Part shown: piece by piece, positions 13,540-26,100 of the stretch
Layout: each line of letters starts with the position of its first letter
Numbering within the stretch: the first letter of the stretch is position 1
Assembly: GCA_030265395.1 (NCBI GenBank)
Contig: JARFYF010000012.1
Span: 21,682,879 to 21,746,878, forward strand
Direction: 5' to 3'
Length of the DNA stretch: 64,000 bases
Origin: Rhina ancylostomus
Lineage: Eukaryota
Made by a program: the position numbers and the translations under genes
Notes under the pieces: generated by a model
Database searches by the model: none
Told to the model about the DNA's origin: nothing
What the model saw: the letters and a program-made list of their open reading frames with translations, nothing else

Positions 13540-13708
13540 CAAACTGATGTAAAACCAGTTCACAGAATCATAGGTATAAATGTACTGTATATAAATGGAT
13601 AAAGTTAAAAAATAGTATTACTGTGTGCAGTGTGTTCAAACTATTCAAAATAAAATCATAAATGAATTGATTTGATTTGAATAGGATCAAAAGGAACATT
13701 TTCTGAAC
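13540..13708. repeat. Diverged direct repeat, copy 2
   Basis: CAAACTGATGTAAAACC, TTACTGTGTGCAGTGT and TTGATTTGAATAGGATCAAAAGGA are identical to copy 1. Confidence 0.9.
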
Positions 13709-14323
13709 ATTAAATAAGGTGCTAAGTAAAGAATAGAATCTGCACATATAACTGCATAAGCTAAAATTTAATTTTTATCTGTTATTTCAACTCAGAGTCC
13801 ACTATCGTTTGAAATATTTGTGTGAGGAAATCAGAATGCAAAATTGGACTTACAGGGATACATACATCCAAGGCAGTAGCTTAATAAGATATATCCTGTC
13901 AGATAGATCTCAGGCCACAAAGCTTAATATTTTCTGAACATTTCATAATGAGACCAGTTTGCAAAAAGCTTAAATTCACATTAATTCCCTCGATCCCAGT
14001 GGAAAAGCCAGCAAACAGCATCTATAAAAGGCACAATAAATCACTGACAGCAATGTTGGAATTTCCACATTAAACAGTGAATACATGGAATTCACAAAGT
14101 TCCCACAAGTCTTATTTAAATTAACACCAACAGTTTTAGAGTCATTACCACCAGAAAATCTTAGCCAACATATTTACTTCAGAACTCATGAAGACCTCTT
14201 ATTTTTGTAATAAAATACTAAAAAGATACTATCAAAACTGCCTTTTCCTAATCTTTTCTATCACTTCATTGTACTGGCCCCAATCTTTTTGTGAACAAAT
14301 TCCAGTCCCAAGCATTCAGATCT

Positions 14324-14393
<70 letters not shown>

Positions 14394-14432
14394 NNNNNNN
14401 NNNATCTCCGTCCCACCCCCCTCCCTCCCTCC

Positions 14433-14435
<3 letters not shown>

Positions 14436-14490
<55 letters not shown>
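14436..14490. repeat. (CA)n microsatellite
   Basis: Uninterrupted CA run of about 55 bp. Confidence 0.98.
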
Positions 14491-14495
<5 letters not shown>

Positions 14496-14499
14496 GATT

Positions 14500-14920
14500 T
14501 TCCCTCTTGGCATCCTTTGCTCTATAAATACCACTATGAAAAATGATGAACAATCACTACCCACAAAATCCATAATCTCTCAAATTTAAAGTCTCATTCT
14601 TCATCCTTAATGTTCTCTGTTATTTCACACAAGTTCAGTGCCCTCTAACAATTGCATATCCCATTCTTACCCTTCCAAATTTTTCCTCTAAGACTCTGCA
14701 AATAATTCCTTCCCTTTGTTTCTTTTAAACGCCAGAGAATAAACCACTAGAATTTCCTTACCAAATCACTCCACCTCTTTCTTCTTTAAGAGCCTCTCAA
14801 AAGCCATTTCTTTGACTAACCCTTCCAAAACTCTCCTATATTTTTACCCAGGGCCCACTTTCTCTTTTCTCTCAGGGTCCTTGGGTCTTTATTAAATTGA
14901 AAAGGTGCTCCACATATTCA
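14500..14920 (+). mobile_element. Very degraded L2 3' fragment
   Basis: TTTAAAGTCTCATTCTT...TAGAATTTCCTTACCAAATCACTCCACCTCT...TTTAAGAGCCTCTCAAAAGCCATTTCTTTGAC...AAAAGGTGCT resembles the L2 3' end seen at 1380-1600. Confidence 0.5.
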
Positions 14921-15899
14921 GAATGACATCAGTTGTACATTATGGAAGTCTGTAGTTTATGAACCATTTTGAAATGATTAAAAACAATTCAAACAGTGAT
15001 ATTAACTTAGTGTTCCTGACTCTTTATCAACATGAGCAACTGAGTCTCAATGCTTTTCAAAGCCGTGCTCTTGTCAGGAAGTAATAATGGTAACTAGAAA
15101 TGGCATTTCAATACAGCTACTCCTTAAGAAGAATGTCCTGACATTTTGATCAAAGTGATGTTCATGTGCCAGTTCAACAATACAATAGAGGCTGTTTGCT
15201 GCAACTCCTTTTTATTTGTACCATATGTCTGGATCCCTTAGCAGTGATGCATTGTGTTTTTCTGCGTTGCATTAACTTTTCTCACCGTGAGAAGCTCCAA
15301 TCAGACTGCGCGACCACCACTTCCAACAGGAAATAACTCAATCTAAATTCAGCTGTTCGGAAGGCAAGTCTGTCAAACCAACTACAAGGAAAAAAAAATC
15401 AATTCAGCCCAGATATCGTTCCTATATCTCTCAGTTGATCTTAAGATGCAGCAGGCAGCAAATTTCTGCAAGGCTAAATCCAAACAGTGCTGCCTCACAC
15501 CACACACTGACATACTGAACCTTACCACAGTTAATTTTCCTGCCTCTGAAATATCAGCTACAACTCAAAATGAACACAAAGAGTGAAAATGTCTTGAATA
15601 CATAGATTGATAGATACACACATATTTTGATGCCCTTCTTCCGTCATTCTTCTGTTACACGGTCTTAGGCAGAATTTCTCAGAACGTTCTTACAGTTGAC
15701 AGAATCCAACACAACTTGAATGAGCCAGCTGCATACAAATACTGATCAGCAACAAATTAAATTCTTTTTTTCATGGTTTGAATGTTTTATATTTAACCTT
15801 TGGCAGTATTTTTTTGTTACAAAGAGCTGCAAACAGAAACTACTTCCACTACACTTGAACCTTCTCTAACTGTTCAAGATCATGACTCATGCAAAAACT

Positions 15900-16500
15900 G
15901 CCCAATCTCCAATTTCCTTAAGAGTCTAAAAATATGCCCATCTCATCCTTGAATATTCTCTGCCTGAGCATCCAAAGATTTACAATCCTCAGTTAAAGAA
16001 ATTTCTCATCTCAGTTTTAAACGGTCAACCCCTTATCTTGATATTGTGCCTCCTAGACCTCAACTCCCCAGGAGAAACAGCTTCTCAATTATCTACCCCG
16101 TTAACCCCGATCAGAATCTTGCATCTCAGTGAAATCATCTTTCTTTCTTCTGCACTGGAGTATGGATCCAAGTTCTACAGAAGAAGCTCCTCATGCCAGG
16201 AATCAAGCTCGTGAATCAATGGTGCACTGACTCCAAAGCAAGTAAATCCTCTTAGGACAGCCCAAAACTGCACAGTCCTCCAAATGAGCTCCCACCATAG
16301 CCCCATACAATTTCAGCAAGTCTTCCTTACTTTGTACCCCAAATACTTAGATTGGCATAAAGGCCAAGATGTTTTCCTATTTGTTTACTGTACTGCAAAT
16401 TTATATTCCCCATCAATTACCACAGCAAGATCCCTGCCACTCTCTAGCTTCTCACTGTTTAAAAATGCTCTTTTTTTTATACATAATCCTTTCTACCAAA
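15900..16500 (-). mobile_element. Degraded CR1 LINE 3' fragment
   Basis: Colinear with the CR1 at 47.7-52.1 kb (CCAGGAATCAAGCTCGTGAATC...CTCCAAAGCAAGT...CCAAAACTGCACAG.CCTCCA). Confidence 0.7.
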
Positions 16501-18844
16501 ATGAGCCCCGCATTGAACAAGGTCTCACTGAGCAGGTCAGAACCAACTTTTTTGTGGAAGTTTGTGCCAGGGACCCTCTGAAAGTCAGGGGTAATTTAGT
16601 GGGTCAGCAAGCTGCTCTGTGGAAATTTTCTTTTACTTTTAGTAATCCCTCACCTCCTTACTTCTACCAGATCCTTTCAATTATTTCCAAAAACCTAGAC
16701 CTCTCCTCATCAAATGCTCAAGCACTCCACAACCAAATACACCCTCTCCTTTTCCAGAACATCGCTGAATCCAGATCCCATGTGACCTCCAGCATCCACT
16801 TTGCTCCATCTCCCACATTCTAGAATAACATTTAACTGACAATTAGTCACATTAACTTTATTTCATCCCTCTAAGCAGATGCACAAAAAAGTGCTGAAGG
16901 AAAAACCAGAATTGAGTTTTTATGAGCCAAAAGCTATATTAAAATGCAGGCCAAGTAAAGATTAGTTCTCCCACAATCCTTACTAAATCAAACATCAAAT
17001 TTTCAACTCTTAAACAAATGCTAGAAATTAGCTGTTTCTAATTCCTGCATTATGTTCATAGTGCTATAATTCTCTATTAATGTGAGCTATTATTATTGCA
17101 CTCTCAACAGAGATATGGTTAGATTACATAAATAGTGGCCATATACACATTATTTGATTTTCTTTCTAATAGCATTGATCTTCTCCATTCATTGGGCGGT
17201 AACTCAAACTGAACTGTTGTTGATGAGATAAAGAGCTCCTTGCACGTGATGCTGATGAGAATGACAAATTCTTCATAATCATAGGAAGGAAAAATTTGAA
17301 CAGTAATGTCATCAATGCAGTGCCACCACTTTCAGAACCTCAAGGGATTTCACCATTTAACTGGGCTTCCTTGGGTACCACTTCACCTTAGCAGAAGCAA
17401 ATGCCCAAAACCAAAATATAATTATAGAAAGAGAATGGTGAGAAACTTTGGAACTTTAATTACACTACAAATAAATAGCATGCTACACAACCCAAGAGTG
17501 TTAATATTATCACATAACACATGGACCTGTTGAACACAGCACACTAACACTATGTTGTGTGAGGTCACACATTATTTCAGCATGCAATATTCTTGGCAAC
17601 CTCGGTATTGCTAGTCAGCACAAGTGATTAGCAGGATATTATTTTACCAAACCACTCTCTCCCCCCCCCCCCCCCAATGTTATCTACACTCAGACTTGGG
17701 GAGAAATACTCAATGTGCAAAACAAGCGAAAGCCATCCACAACTGTGGTTCAAAATGAGGAACATGTAAGAATGCAAATGAAGTCACTGGACACACTGCT
17801 GTGACTCTGCGCTGGATTGCAAAGTGATTTCAAGATCAGTTGAAAGATTTCCCCACCTCATTGAAAGACTTAAAGTAACAGAGATCAGTGACCCTGTTGA
17901 CAAACAGAAATGTAACAACTTACCCATGAAATTTTCAATCAAGATCCCTGTTGAGAATTGAAGGTTAAAGAATATTTTCATAGTTATTAAATTAACATCA
18001 AGTCTGCCAGATGCCTATATGCAGTTTCCACACGCAACTGTGCGGAGATGAGGGGGTGAGGCTGAACTTTAACCTACAACTTCTCGCTGCACTAACCCAG
18101 CCTCCACAGTGACAGCCGTCTGGTGTGCATCACACTGTGCTGTGTGAAAGACCGGATCTGCACTGTGTCAGGGATTAATCTTTTTAATTAAGAATACAAC
18201 ATTCAATGATAATTATTAATGCATACGTGCAAAGAAAACACTGTTGTAACTGGTGACAAACTACAAGCCATTATGTTTTCCCCAATTAAGCCTTCAATGA
18301 GCCTGCAGCAGGATGATGTCAGAACATTTTGACACATTCCCATATTCAGTATGCTCTGCTCCACCAGACCACTCTGAATGCATGACAGTTGCAACATATC
18401 CTTTTGTTATTTAGACCATTTAGAGCCTGTTGGCAGAGCATTAAACAAAACCCCATTCATAGAGGGACAACTTGCAACAGTGACCGAAACAAGGACATAT
18501 CACCCACGTGAGCTGATGCTCATCCGTTCTCAACAGTGGTGGCCAGTCATTAGACAATTATAGGGGAACAACATCACCGAGTCCAATTCATACTGATAAT
18601 GTCAACTGACCAGCAAACAACAACACTGTAGCCCTTCCTTTAAAGATGTGGGTAATGGTCTGTCATTCTGTCCTGATATTGTCTACAGCAAGTATAACTT
18701 CCAGGGGACAGAGGGAGGCAGGAAACATTCTCAACTCAGGAGACAGTGAGCAGTTAGCAACTGGAGAGTTGTCAGACAAAGTGGGGGCAGCAGAGATGGG
18801 TTGGGGGGAAGGGGGAAGGCTGCTTCTTGACAACATGGGAGAAA

Positions 18845-19073
18845 GCCATTCGGCTCATCTACTCTATACCGGCTCTCAAAGCCACCCTTTTCTCCCAATT
18901 ATCTCCCTGTTACCTATTCCATCAGAAGTCAATTAACTCCCGATTCTCCTTCCATCCATCCAACTAGAGGTAGTTTTCAGTAACCAATTAACCAACCAAT
19001 CAGGACATCTTTGGGATGTGGGAGGAAAATGGAGCACTGTTGGTCACAGGAAGAATGTGCAAATCCCACACAG
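18845..19073 (-). mobile_element. V-domain SINE fragment
   Basis: Reverse complement of the V core (CCAATTAACC...CATCTTTGGGATGTGGGAGGAAAATGGAGCAC...GGTCACAGGAAGAATGTGCAAATCCCACACAG) plus CR1-like tail. Confidence 0.8.
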
Positions 19074-19885
19074 TTTGGGAGGAGAGATGGAGCATTGAGG
19101 TGTGGATAGAGAGGAAATGTTGAAACAAAGGTAGAGCTCAGGGAAGAGGTGAATGAGAATGGCTTGAAGTAGGAAGAACAACTGAGGGGTTGGGCTATTA
19201 CAACAAAATACCTCAATATAATCAACTTCATGACCCTAAAAAATCCAAAACTTTTCCTCATTTATTCCAATTGTGCACAAAAATAAATTTAGAAACTTTA
19301 CAAAGTAACAAGGTATCTACTTTCTTTAGGTGTCTGCATAGTGTGGAGCATTGAATAAACATGATTCATTTGTGGTAACTGAGACAATTTCTCATTCCAT
19401 ATAATCCTATTACCTCAGCTAATTGTTCTGGAAACAATACATCTTTACAGTTTATCTCATCACTGGTCTAAAATTTCTATTTCTGCAACACGCCATCACC
19501 ATAAATGTAACAATCTCTGGCAGTACAAGCTGAAGCAGTGTTTCTGTTACCCAACACTCACAGCAAGTACCAGATTACTTAAATATCTGCAAAGCATATA
19601 GAGTTTCAAAAATTAAAGCAAATATTAAATAAAACAGGAATAAACTCTTCCCTAATTTCTAATTTCCTCTCCAGCAGGATCAGTGTAGATAGGACACAAC
19701 AACAAAAGACAGGAACAGCGATAAATGCATTCAATCACTAACAACTCCCAACACACTTCAGCAAATCGCTGCTTCTAACCACAGGCGTAAGGTGATAGCT
19801 GCAGTTCCACCTTTATTCAGGAGGTTTTCTGAGTTATTTTACTAAATACAAATATGGTGCCAGATTTACAGTAATGCAGGAGGCA

Positions 19886-20479
19886 CAGGGATACAGTCAC
19901 CTTTGTGGAGGACGGGAGGTGGACATTGGCCTGATCAGCTTGGACCAGGAGAAGGTTTTTGACAGGATATTGCCCATGTATATGATGGATGTGCTCGCCA
20001 AAATAGGCTCTGGGGAGGGAATCAGGAATTGGATCCAACTGCTCTACACTGACATCAGTAGTGCAGTCCAAATCAATGGGTGGGAAACTGAAAGCTGTCC
20101 CCATCAAGTCTGGAGTGAGGCAGGATTGACCACTATTTTCTGAAATGTTTGTGTGCCACACAGAACATGCTGAGGGATGCACTGAAGCTTGGTGCAGCTA
20201 ATCCAAAGGTTTTGTCAGAAAGGACTGCAGTCTAAGGTCCTTCTACCATTAGACATTGAGGGGCTGAGCCCTGTATGGAATCCCCTCAAATACCTGAGGT
20301 TTGTATCCTCCCAGTAAACCACAAGGGACAATGGTGCTCTGTACACAGAATGTGCTTACACACAAAATGTACAGAACCAAATCATACAATGAATTACCTT
20401 GTATGTAAAGAAATCCATACACTAATTTTTGTATCTCTTGTATATATTTTTATGAAGTTTATTTTTGAAAATAAAAAAA
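19886..20479 (+). mobile_element. Internally deleted L1/Tx1 LINE (RT fragment joined to ORF2 end and 3' UTR)
   Basis: LISLDQEKVFDRI...GIRNWIQLLY...INGWET is the Tx1/L1 RT signature (SLDQEKAFDR). It is followed by LRDALKLGAA...AV* and an A-rich end at ~20470. Confidence 0.85.
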
Positions 20480-21830
20480 GATAATGCAGCAGGTGCAGAA
20501 AATCACACTGCTGAAACCTAAAACCTGCAGTATAAAAGTGGAATATTACTCATGTGGAAGTGTGTCTTATTGTTGCAAAATAACAGCTAAAATATCACAG
20601 GTTGTTAATTACATTAGCTAAGGGCTGTGAACTTTCACAAATTAGTCTTAATAAATCAATTTGCTTAAAATTCATTCCTGGTCACAAACACGCTATATAG
20701 TAACATTAGTGCATTAAACTCTGCCTCTGAAGATTAATTTCTAGATAATTTTACTTTAAATAATGGTTAGGGTTCAGAATGTGCAACAATTGTCAAGATG
20801 TACTTTCACTGGGCCGAGAAACTAAACAAAAACCTCAATTTCACTTCAGGACCTTGAATCACACAGAGAAAACTTACCATGATATCACCGCCACAAGGCT
20901 CAAACAATTCAAGCCCCTGATTTTCATTTCAATATGACTGTCAAGTTGCCTCCTTGATTTAGTCAGGAAATGGAAAACTCTCAGAACTCCCAAGGGCTAT
21001 CTGAAATGAGGATACAAATTTTAAAATAAAACAGTCAGACTACACTGCAGTGAGGCCTGCTCGAAAGTCCCCACAGAGATGAGGGCTAGTGGTAAAGTGT
21101 GGTTCCCTGGCAGCTGAAGGAGTGTTTCCCATCAGACAGAGGCAGCTAACGGGGTCTAGTACAATGTAGGGCAAGTTGCAACCATCCCACAAGACTAGCA
21201 AGGGCAAGTACAACTCATCTCTCTAGTTATCAACAATGGTTTGATAACTCTCTTTTTCCACTCCCTCCCACCACTCTCAATAACTCAATTCTCTTTGCAT
21301 ATCGAGAAGTGTGATAGTCACCTCGCTCTCTTTCCAAACACTCATTTTATTCTTTCGTCTCTTCACACCACACACCAACAACATTCTGTTCCTATATTCT
21401 AGGACTTGCAGCACCAACAATTCATCATCAAGATATTAATGTAAGAGTTGCTTTTTATACTCAAGAATGATATTGGCTGATGCATTAATGCCAGCATGTA
21501 TATCATTAAAGATGTCCTGAGGGAGAAAACTACTGTAGCAATTCTCCAAGGTCTCTACCATGGACTGGTAAGAGTAACAATGCACCCCTTCATGGCCACT
21601 GTAGAAATCTTGGAGCCCCAACATGCAGATTTCACGTGGGAAAATGGCACACAGCAACAAGAAGAGAAAGAAACCACAAGAAAAAATTACAGTTGACTTT
21701 TTAAGAATAAATTGCGAAGATGCAAAACTAAATTATCAACCTAAATCATTCAACTGGGCTTATGCATAGCGGTAAATATTTCAGCTTTTCTTAAAATCTT
21801 TGTTGTCATTAAAGAAGTTGCCTAAACTTC

Positions 21831-21892
21831 AATTGCCTGCAGCAGAAAAATAATATTAATTGCCCGCAGCAGAAAAATAATATTAATTGCCC
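21831..21892. repeat. 27-bp tandem duplication (about 2.3 copies)
   Basis: AATTGCCTGCAGCAGAAAAATAATATT / AATTGCCCGCAGCAGAAAAATAATATT / AATTGCCC; one mismatch between the full units. Confidence 0.95.
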
Positions 21893-23132
21893 AACATGCC
21901 AACAATAGTCAGTTGCCATAGCATTGAGAAAATATTTGTCTGTGCAAATATTCACAATCGGCACGTGTCAGTTTTTGGCAGTTACTACTAAAAGGAAACA
22001 AATTACTAAAGTAATTAAATTAATGTAGAGGAGGCAGCTTTAACATGCTCAGCTCTGGCGGGAGTAGGCAAAGGAAAACGAGATCAATATATTTAATGGT
22101 AAAATCATGAAACAAATAAAAAACATCCAAACAGGAAACCTGCTTTCCAGAAATATACTTTTAATTCTTCTAATAAGTTTAAGCAACAGACATTCTTAAA
22201 GTAAAATCCCACTCTCATTTCAAACCTATCTGGATTCAATTAATTTTAAAATTAGATCCCCATTGAAATAGTGAGAACGATTTAAATTTAAAGTAGTTAA
22301 ATCAGGACAGATACAGGAGTATTAATCTGTTGGCACTTGGTTTTGATTGATAACACTGCTGTAACACATACCCAAACCAGGAGGCCCGAGAATGGTAAAA
22401 TGCCTCCATCCTTCATTCCTCTGTCACCAAGAGACAGGGCAGGTCAGAGCTCCAACAAGGATTGTGGTGGCAGCAGGGGTGATTAGCACACTGCTCATCC
22501 CTGCTCCACAGTAATGCTTCCCCCCACCCCCCCAGAAAAAGTGATGTTTTGTTTGCTTGCTTTAGTAACTATAAGGGTTAGCTCAGGATCTTGCTTGATA
22601 CCAAATTCAGCAGCTGGAGGCAGAACAAACCTGAGTCCCTTTCCTTATGTAAATAAGAGCCCTTGTGCCTATTTAAGACAGCTATCAGGAACACCGGAAA
22701 ACTTGCCAAACTCTACCTTCCTCGGTAACTCTTTCAGCCATCCTTTGGAATATTGGCCTCATCACAACTATACAATAGGTATATCTGGGTCAAACTTAGA
22801 CCCCATTTTAATCAGCTCTTGTTGACTTAATGACTTAAAGCATTAGAATTTTACTTAATCCTTCCCAAATTGCTTCAGATAGCTGGTGAATAAAGTCAGC
22901 TTAAAAAGCATCAAATATCATTTTTTTAAAAAAAACAGTTCTAAGTAAAATCAGTCTCAAAGTAAAGATAACAAGGGTTTTAGATCTGATGCAAATTATT
23001 AATACTTCCACATTCTCGGCAAAGCTAAAATAAAACCAGAATGGTGCTCCTTCCAAGACAAATGGTTTTAGACAAAACAAACAGAAGGTCCTGTTTCTCA
23101 GAGTTCTCTGGCAAGTATAGTCAAGCATATAT

Positions 23133-23152
23133 TGACCCCTGACCTTTGAACC
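23133..23152 (-). promoter_or_regulatory. Putative nuclear-receptor element: three RGKTCA half-sites at 1-bp spacing (DR1-DR1)
   Basis: Minus strand reads GGTTCA-A-AGGTCA-G-GGGTCA. Confidence 0.5.
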
Positions 23153-26100
23153 CAACTCACCTCTGAGGTCTCCAAGACTGGCAAGTACCCCACTGGGAAT
23201 CCTGAAGAAAATGTGTCAGCTCCACTGTGTCACGTTTCTACTCAGACACAAGCAGCACCAACAGCCATAAAAAGGTACAAACCCATGGCCCGACTTTCAT
23301 TTCCTGTTGGCAGCGCTGGGACTTTCAGAGGAAACCATAACACAAAATAAGCAAATGTATGAACAAGTATTTCTTCATGGAAAACAAGATGGTGACAGTG
23401 GTGGTCAGAATGTTTAGTAAAGACAACTAACTTCACAACTAAACAAAAACCAGAACTTTAAAGCCTAAACTTCCAAAAAAAATTAAAGAGAACAAAGGTC
23501 ACTATCCTATTTATTGGGATTTACTGGTCTTAAGTGATATATCCCTTCCTGGTTGTTGATTGCTTTCATGCATCAAATACAAAAGTCAGATAAAACAGCA
23601 AATGGTTAAGAAGATGTGTACTCTGTGGGGGTTTTACTTTTGGTAGGCAAGAACTATTTGGACTTTGATTAAATGTTCAAATGCAGCATGACTGCAGCAT
23701 TTGAAATCTTTAAACACTGGAGAAAACCAGCAGTAAAGTGTCTCGTTAACATTTTCCAAATCCTGGCAATAAAGTGACTAGATTGGCATTGCTCCCCTTA
23801 AAATATTGATCCNNNNNNNNNNNNNNNNNNNNNNNNNNNNNNNNNNNNNNNNNNNNNNNNNNNNNNNNNNNNNNNNNNNNNNNNNNNNNNNNNNNNNNNN
23901 NNNNNNNNNNNNTTGATCCAACGCAGGATGTTTTCAGTTTTTAAAAAACAACTTGAAATTCAAGAACTGTATATTTAAAAATGGAAGCAAGCAAGTAACT
24001 GCTAGCACTGCCTAGTTATTGTAAATACAAATTCCCTAGTGCAGGGATTTATTTCGACTTCTCAGTTAATTCTGTATTAATATACAGGTATGAGCATGAT
24101 CATGGCAGTAGTAGCTTATTAATAAGGAACTTACAGGGAAGCCCCCAAGACATTAGGCATTAGGTACCCATGGGACTGTTAAGCAGAGTGCGCTTAATCA
24201 GTTCCGTTGGGATGTGTAATTAACCTTGCAATGGTAGGACCTAATGACCCAAGAGCCATTGCCTTACTCAGAATGCTACCAAATTGGGTTCAACTTTACT
24301 TAATTGTTTGATCAGAAGCTCTGTGGGAATGCCTCTCAGTGCACGCAATATTAATTGTGTGTATAACAAAACTAGATTACAAACAGTGGTGCATCATCCT
24401 GGACGCTCATGTTTCTAATGTCAAACTCAATACCATTCATTGTACAAATGTACAAACCTGTTGCATAACAGTTACTACAATTCAAAAGTTAAACAAAACC
24501 ATTTCCAACAAAAAGAAACCACAGCAGGTTAAGTGTAACAATGAAACAAACAGGATGAAGTGCCCAGGAAGATATTCAGGGTTTAACCTTGGGATCATTA
24601 TCCTGCTGTCAAGCCAGGAATGTGACGATCACAACAGCTCTGTAGGGACTCGGCAGAATGAGAATCTCCCATGATGGGAGGAGTTAGGTATGCATCAAGG
24701 TTAAGCTGCCTGGCACAAAATGTTAATTACATATAGAGTCAATGAAAGTTGCTCATCTTTTCCTTTAGCTTAAAGCCATCTATAATACCACCAAAAACAT
24801 TTAGGGCACCTTTACATGAGAACAGGATTTCCTGACTCAAGATTCATAAGACGATGGAGAGCTAAGCAGTGAGAAAGTTTGTGACAGAACATACATTGTG
24901 CTCAATCATTAGAGTTATCCACTTCCTAACGGAAGTTTCTTTATCACAGCACAATAAATATATGAAGTTAAGGAATATGTAGAAAATTTAGTTGCATTAC
25001 TGAGATCGTACCCTAGCTTGTGAAAACAAAAAAACATAATGAAATGAATGTAAAATGGATCAAAGCAGGAAAACAGACCACTTCCTTTTACTTTGCAAGC
25101 AGCAGCAGGCTTGGTCTTCATTTCCCATAACTACTTCTTGCTTGTGATTCTTATGGCAGAGAAAGACTCTCCCGAGTAAACCAATATCTATCACATTATC
25201 AGCCAATCTGAATACTTAGTAACATGCAACTGCTTCTCTAACTGCACAAAATGCATCAAGGACTACTAAGAATCTTACTAGCAGTAACTACAAATTATAG
25301 CCCATCCCAATGTACAAGACCATGTCTTGTGGTAATCCTTGACTGAGTGAAGAATTTAACTAGGCATTTCAGGAAAGGTGGAAAGCAAATCAAGGACCTT
25401 TCTCCCCAGATTTTAAGTTCCATTGAGCTAAGAAAGGGCTGTCCCTCAATCCTGATGGACATAAATATCCCTACTTTTAAAAACATATGTTACCATATCA
25501 CCACACTGTGCCAAGCAAGAATATTGGATTTCAAGAGCTTTGAGAGTTATACTCAATTAACTCATTTGGTCGCCAGTTCTCTGCACCACCAGGTTACAAG
25601 GCTATAAAAGGTTAATGCGGGTTCTCTGGGATTAAAGGCAGTCTTCAGGACAAGAAAGGTGCAGTATCCCTTACTGGATATTAATACAGGATCAGCTCAC
25701 TGTTCTTGCCAAAAGACTGCAGACACGTGACTACAATGCCAACAGTAAGCAGCTTGTTTATCTGACTTCCAGGCAGAAGTACTCAAACTAAAAATAGGTT
25801 GGATCAGTCCCAACANNNNNNNNNNNNNNNNNNNTGTAAAGGTAACAAAGCCTGAAATGATTCACAGAAGAGTCCTTGAGCCCTCGTTACCAACACAACT
25901 TGCAAACTTTTTAAAAAGCACATTATCACCAGAAAATTTACTTACATTCAAACAAACAAAATGTCTGATAAGCTTACTTTGAAGATACCTTCCAGAATAT
26001 TTTAGATCTGTGTGGAATATTAAAACAACTCCTGAAAGACTCAGGAGACCCCTCTTTTGTATGTGAAACATGCAAGGATTGCACAATGTCTCATTGGTCT

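Noticed and set aside
14326-14403. 68-G homopolymer (poly-Gly/poly-Pro ORFs, possible G-quadruplex)
   Set aside because: It abuts a 10-N gap, and ATCTCCG occurs both just before the run and just after the gap. This fits a poly-G sequencing or assembly artefact.
16284-16823. 179-aa ORF
   Set aside because: It runs through antisense CR1 and L2-like relics and has no protein motif.
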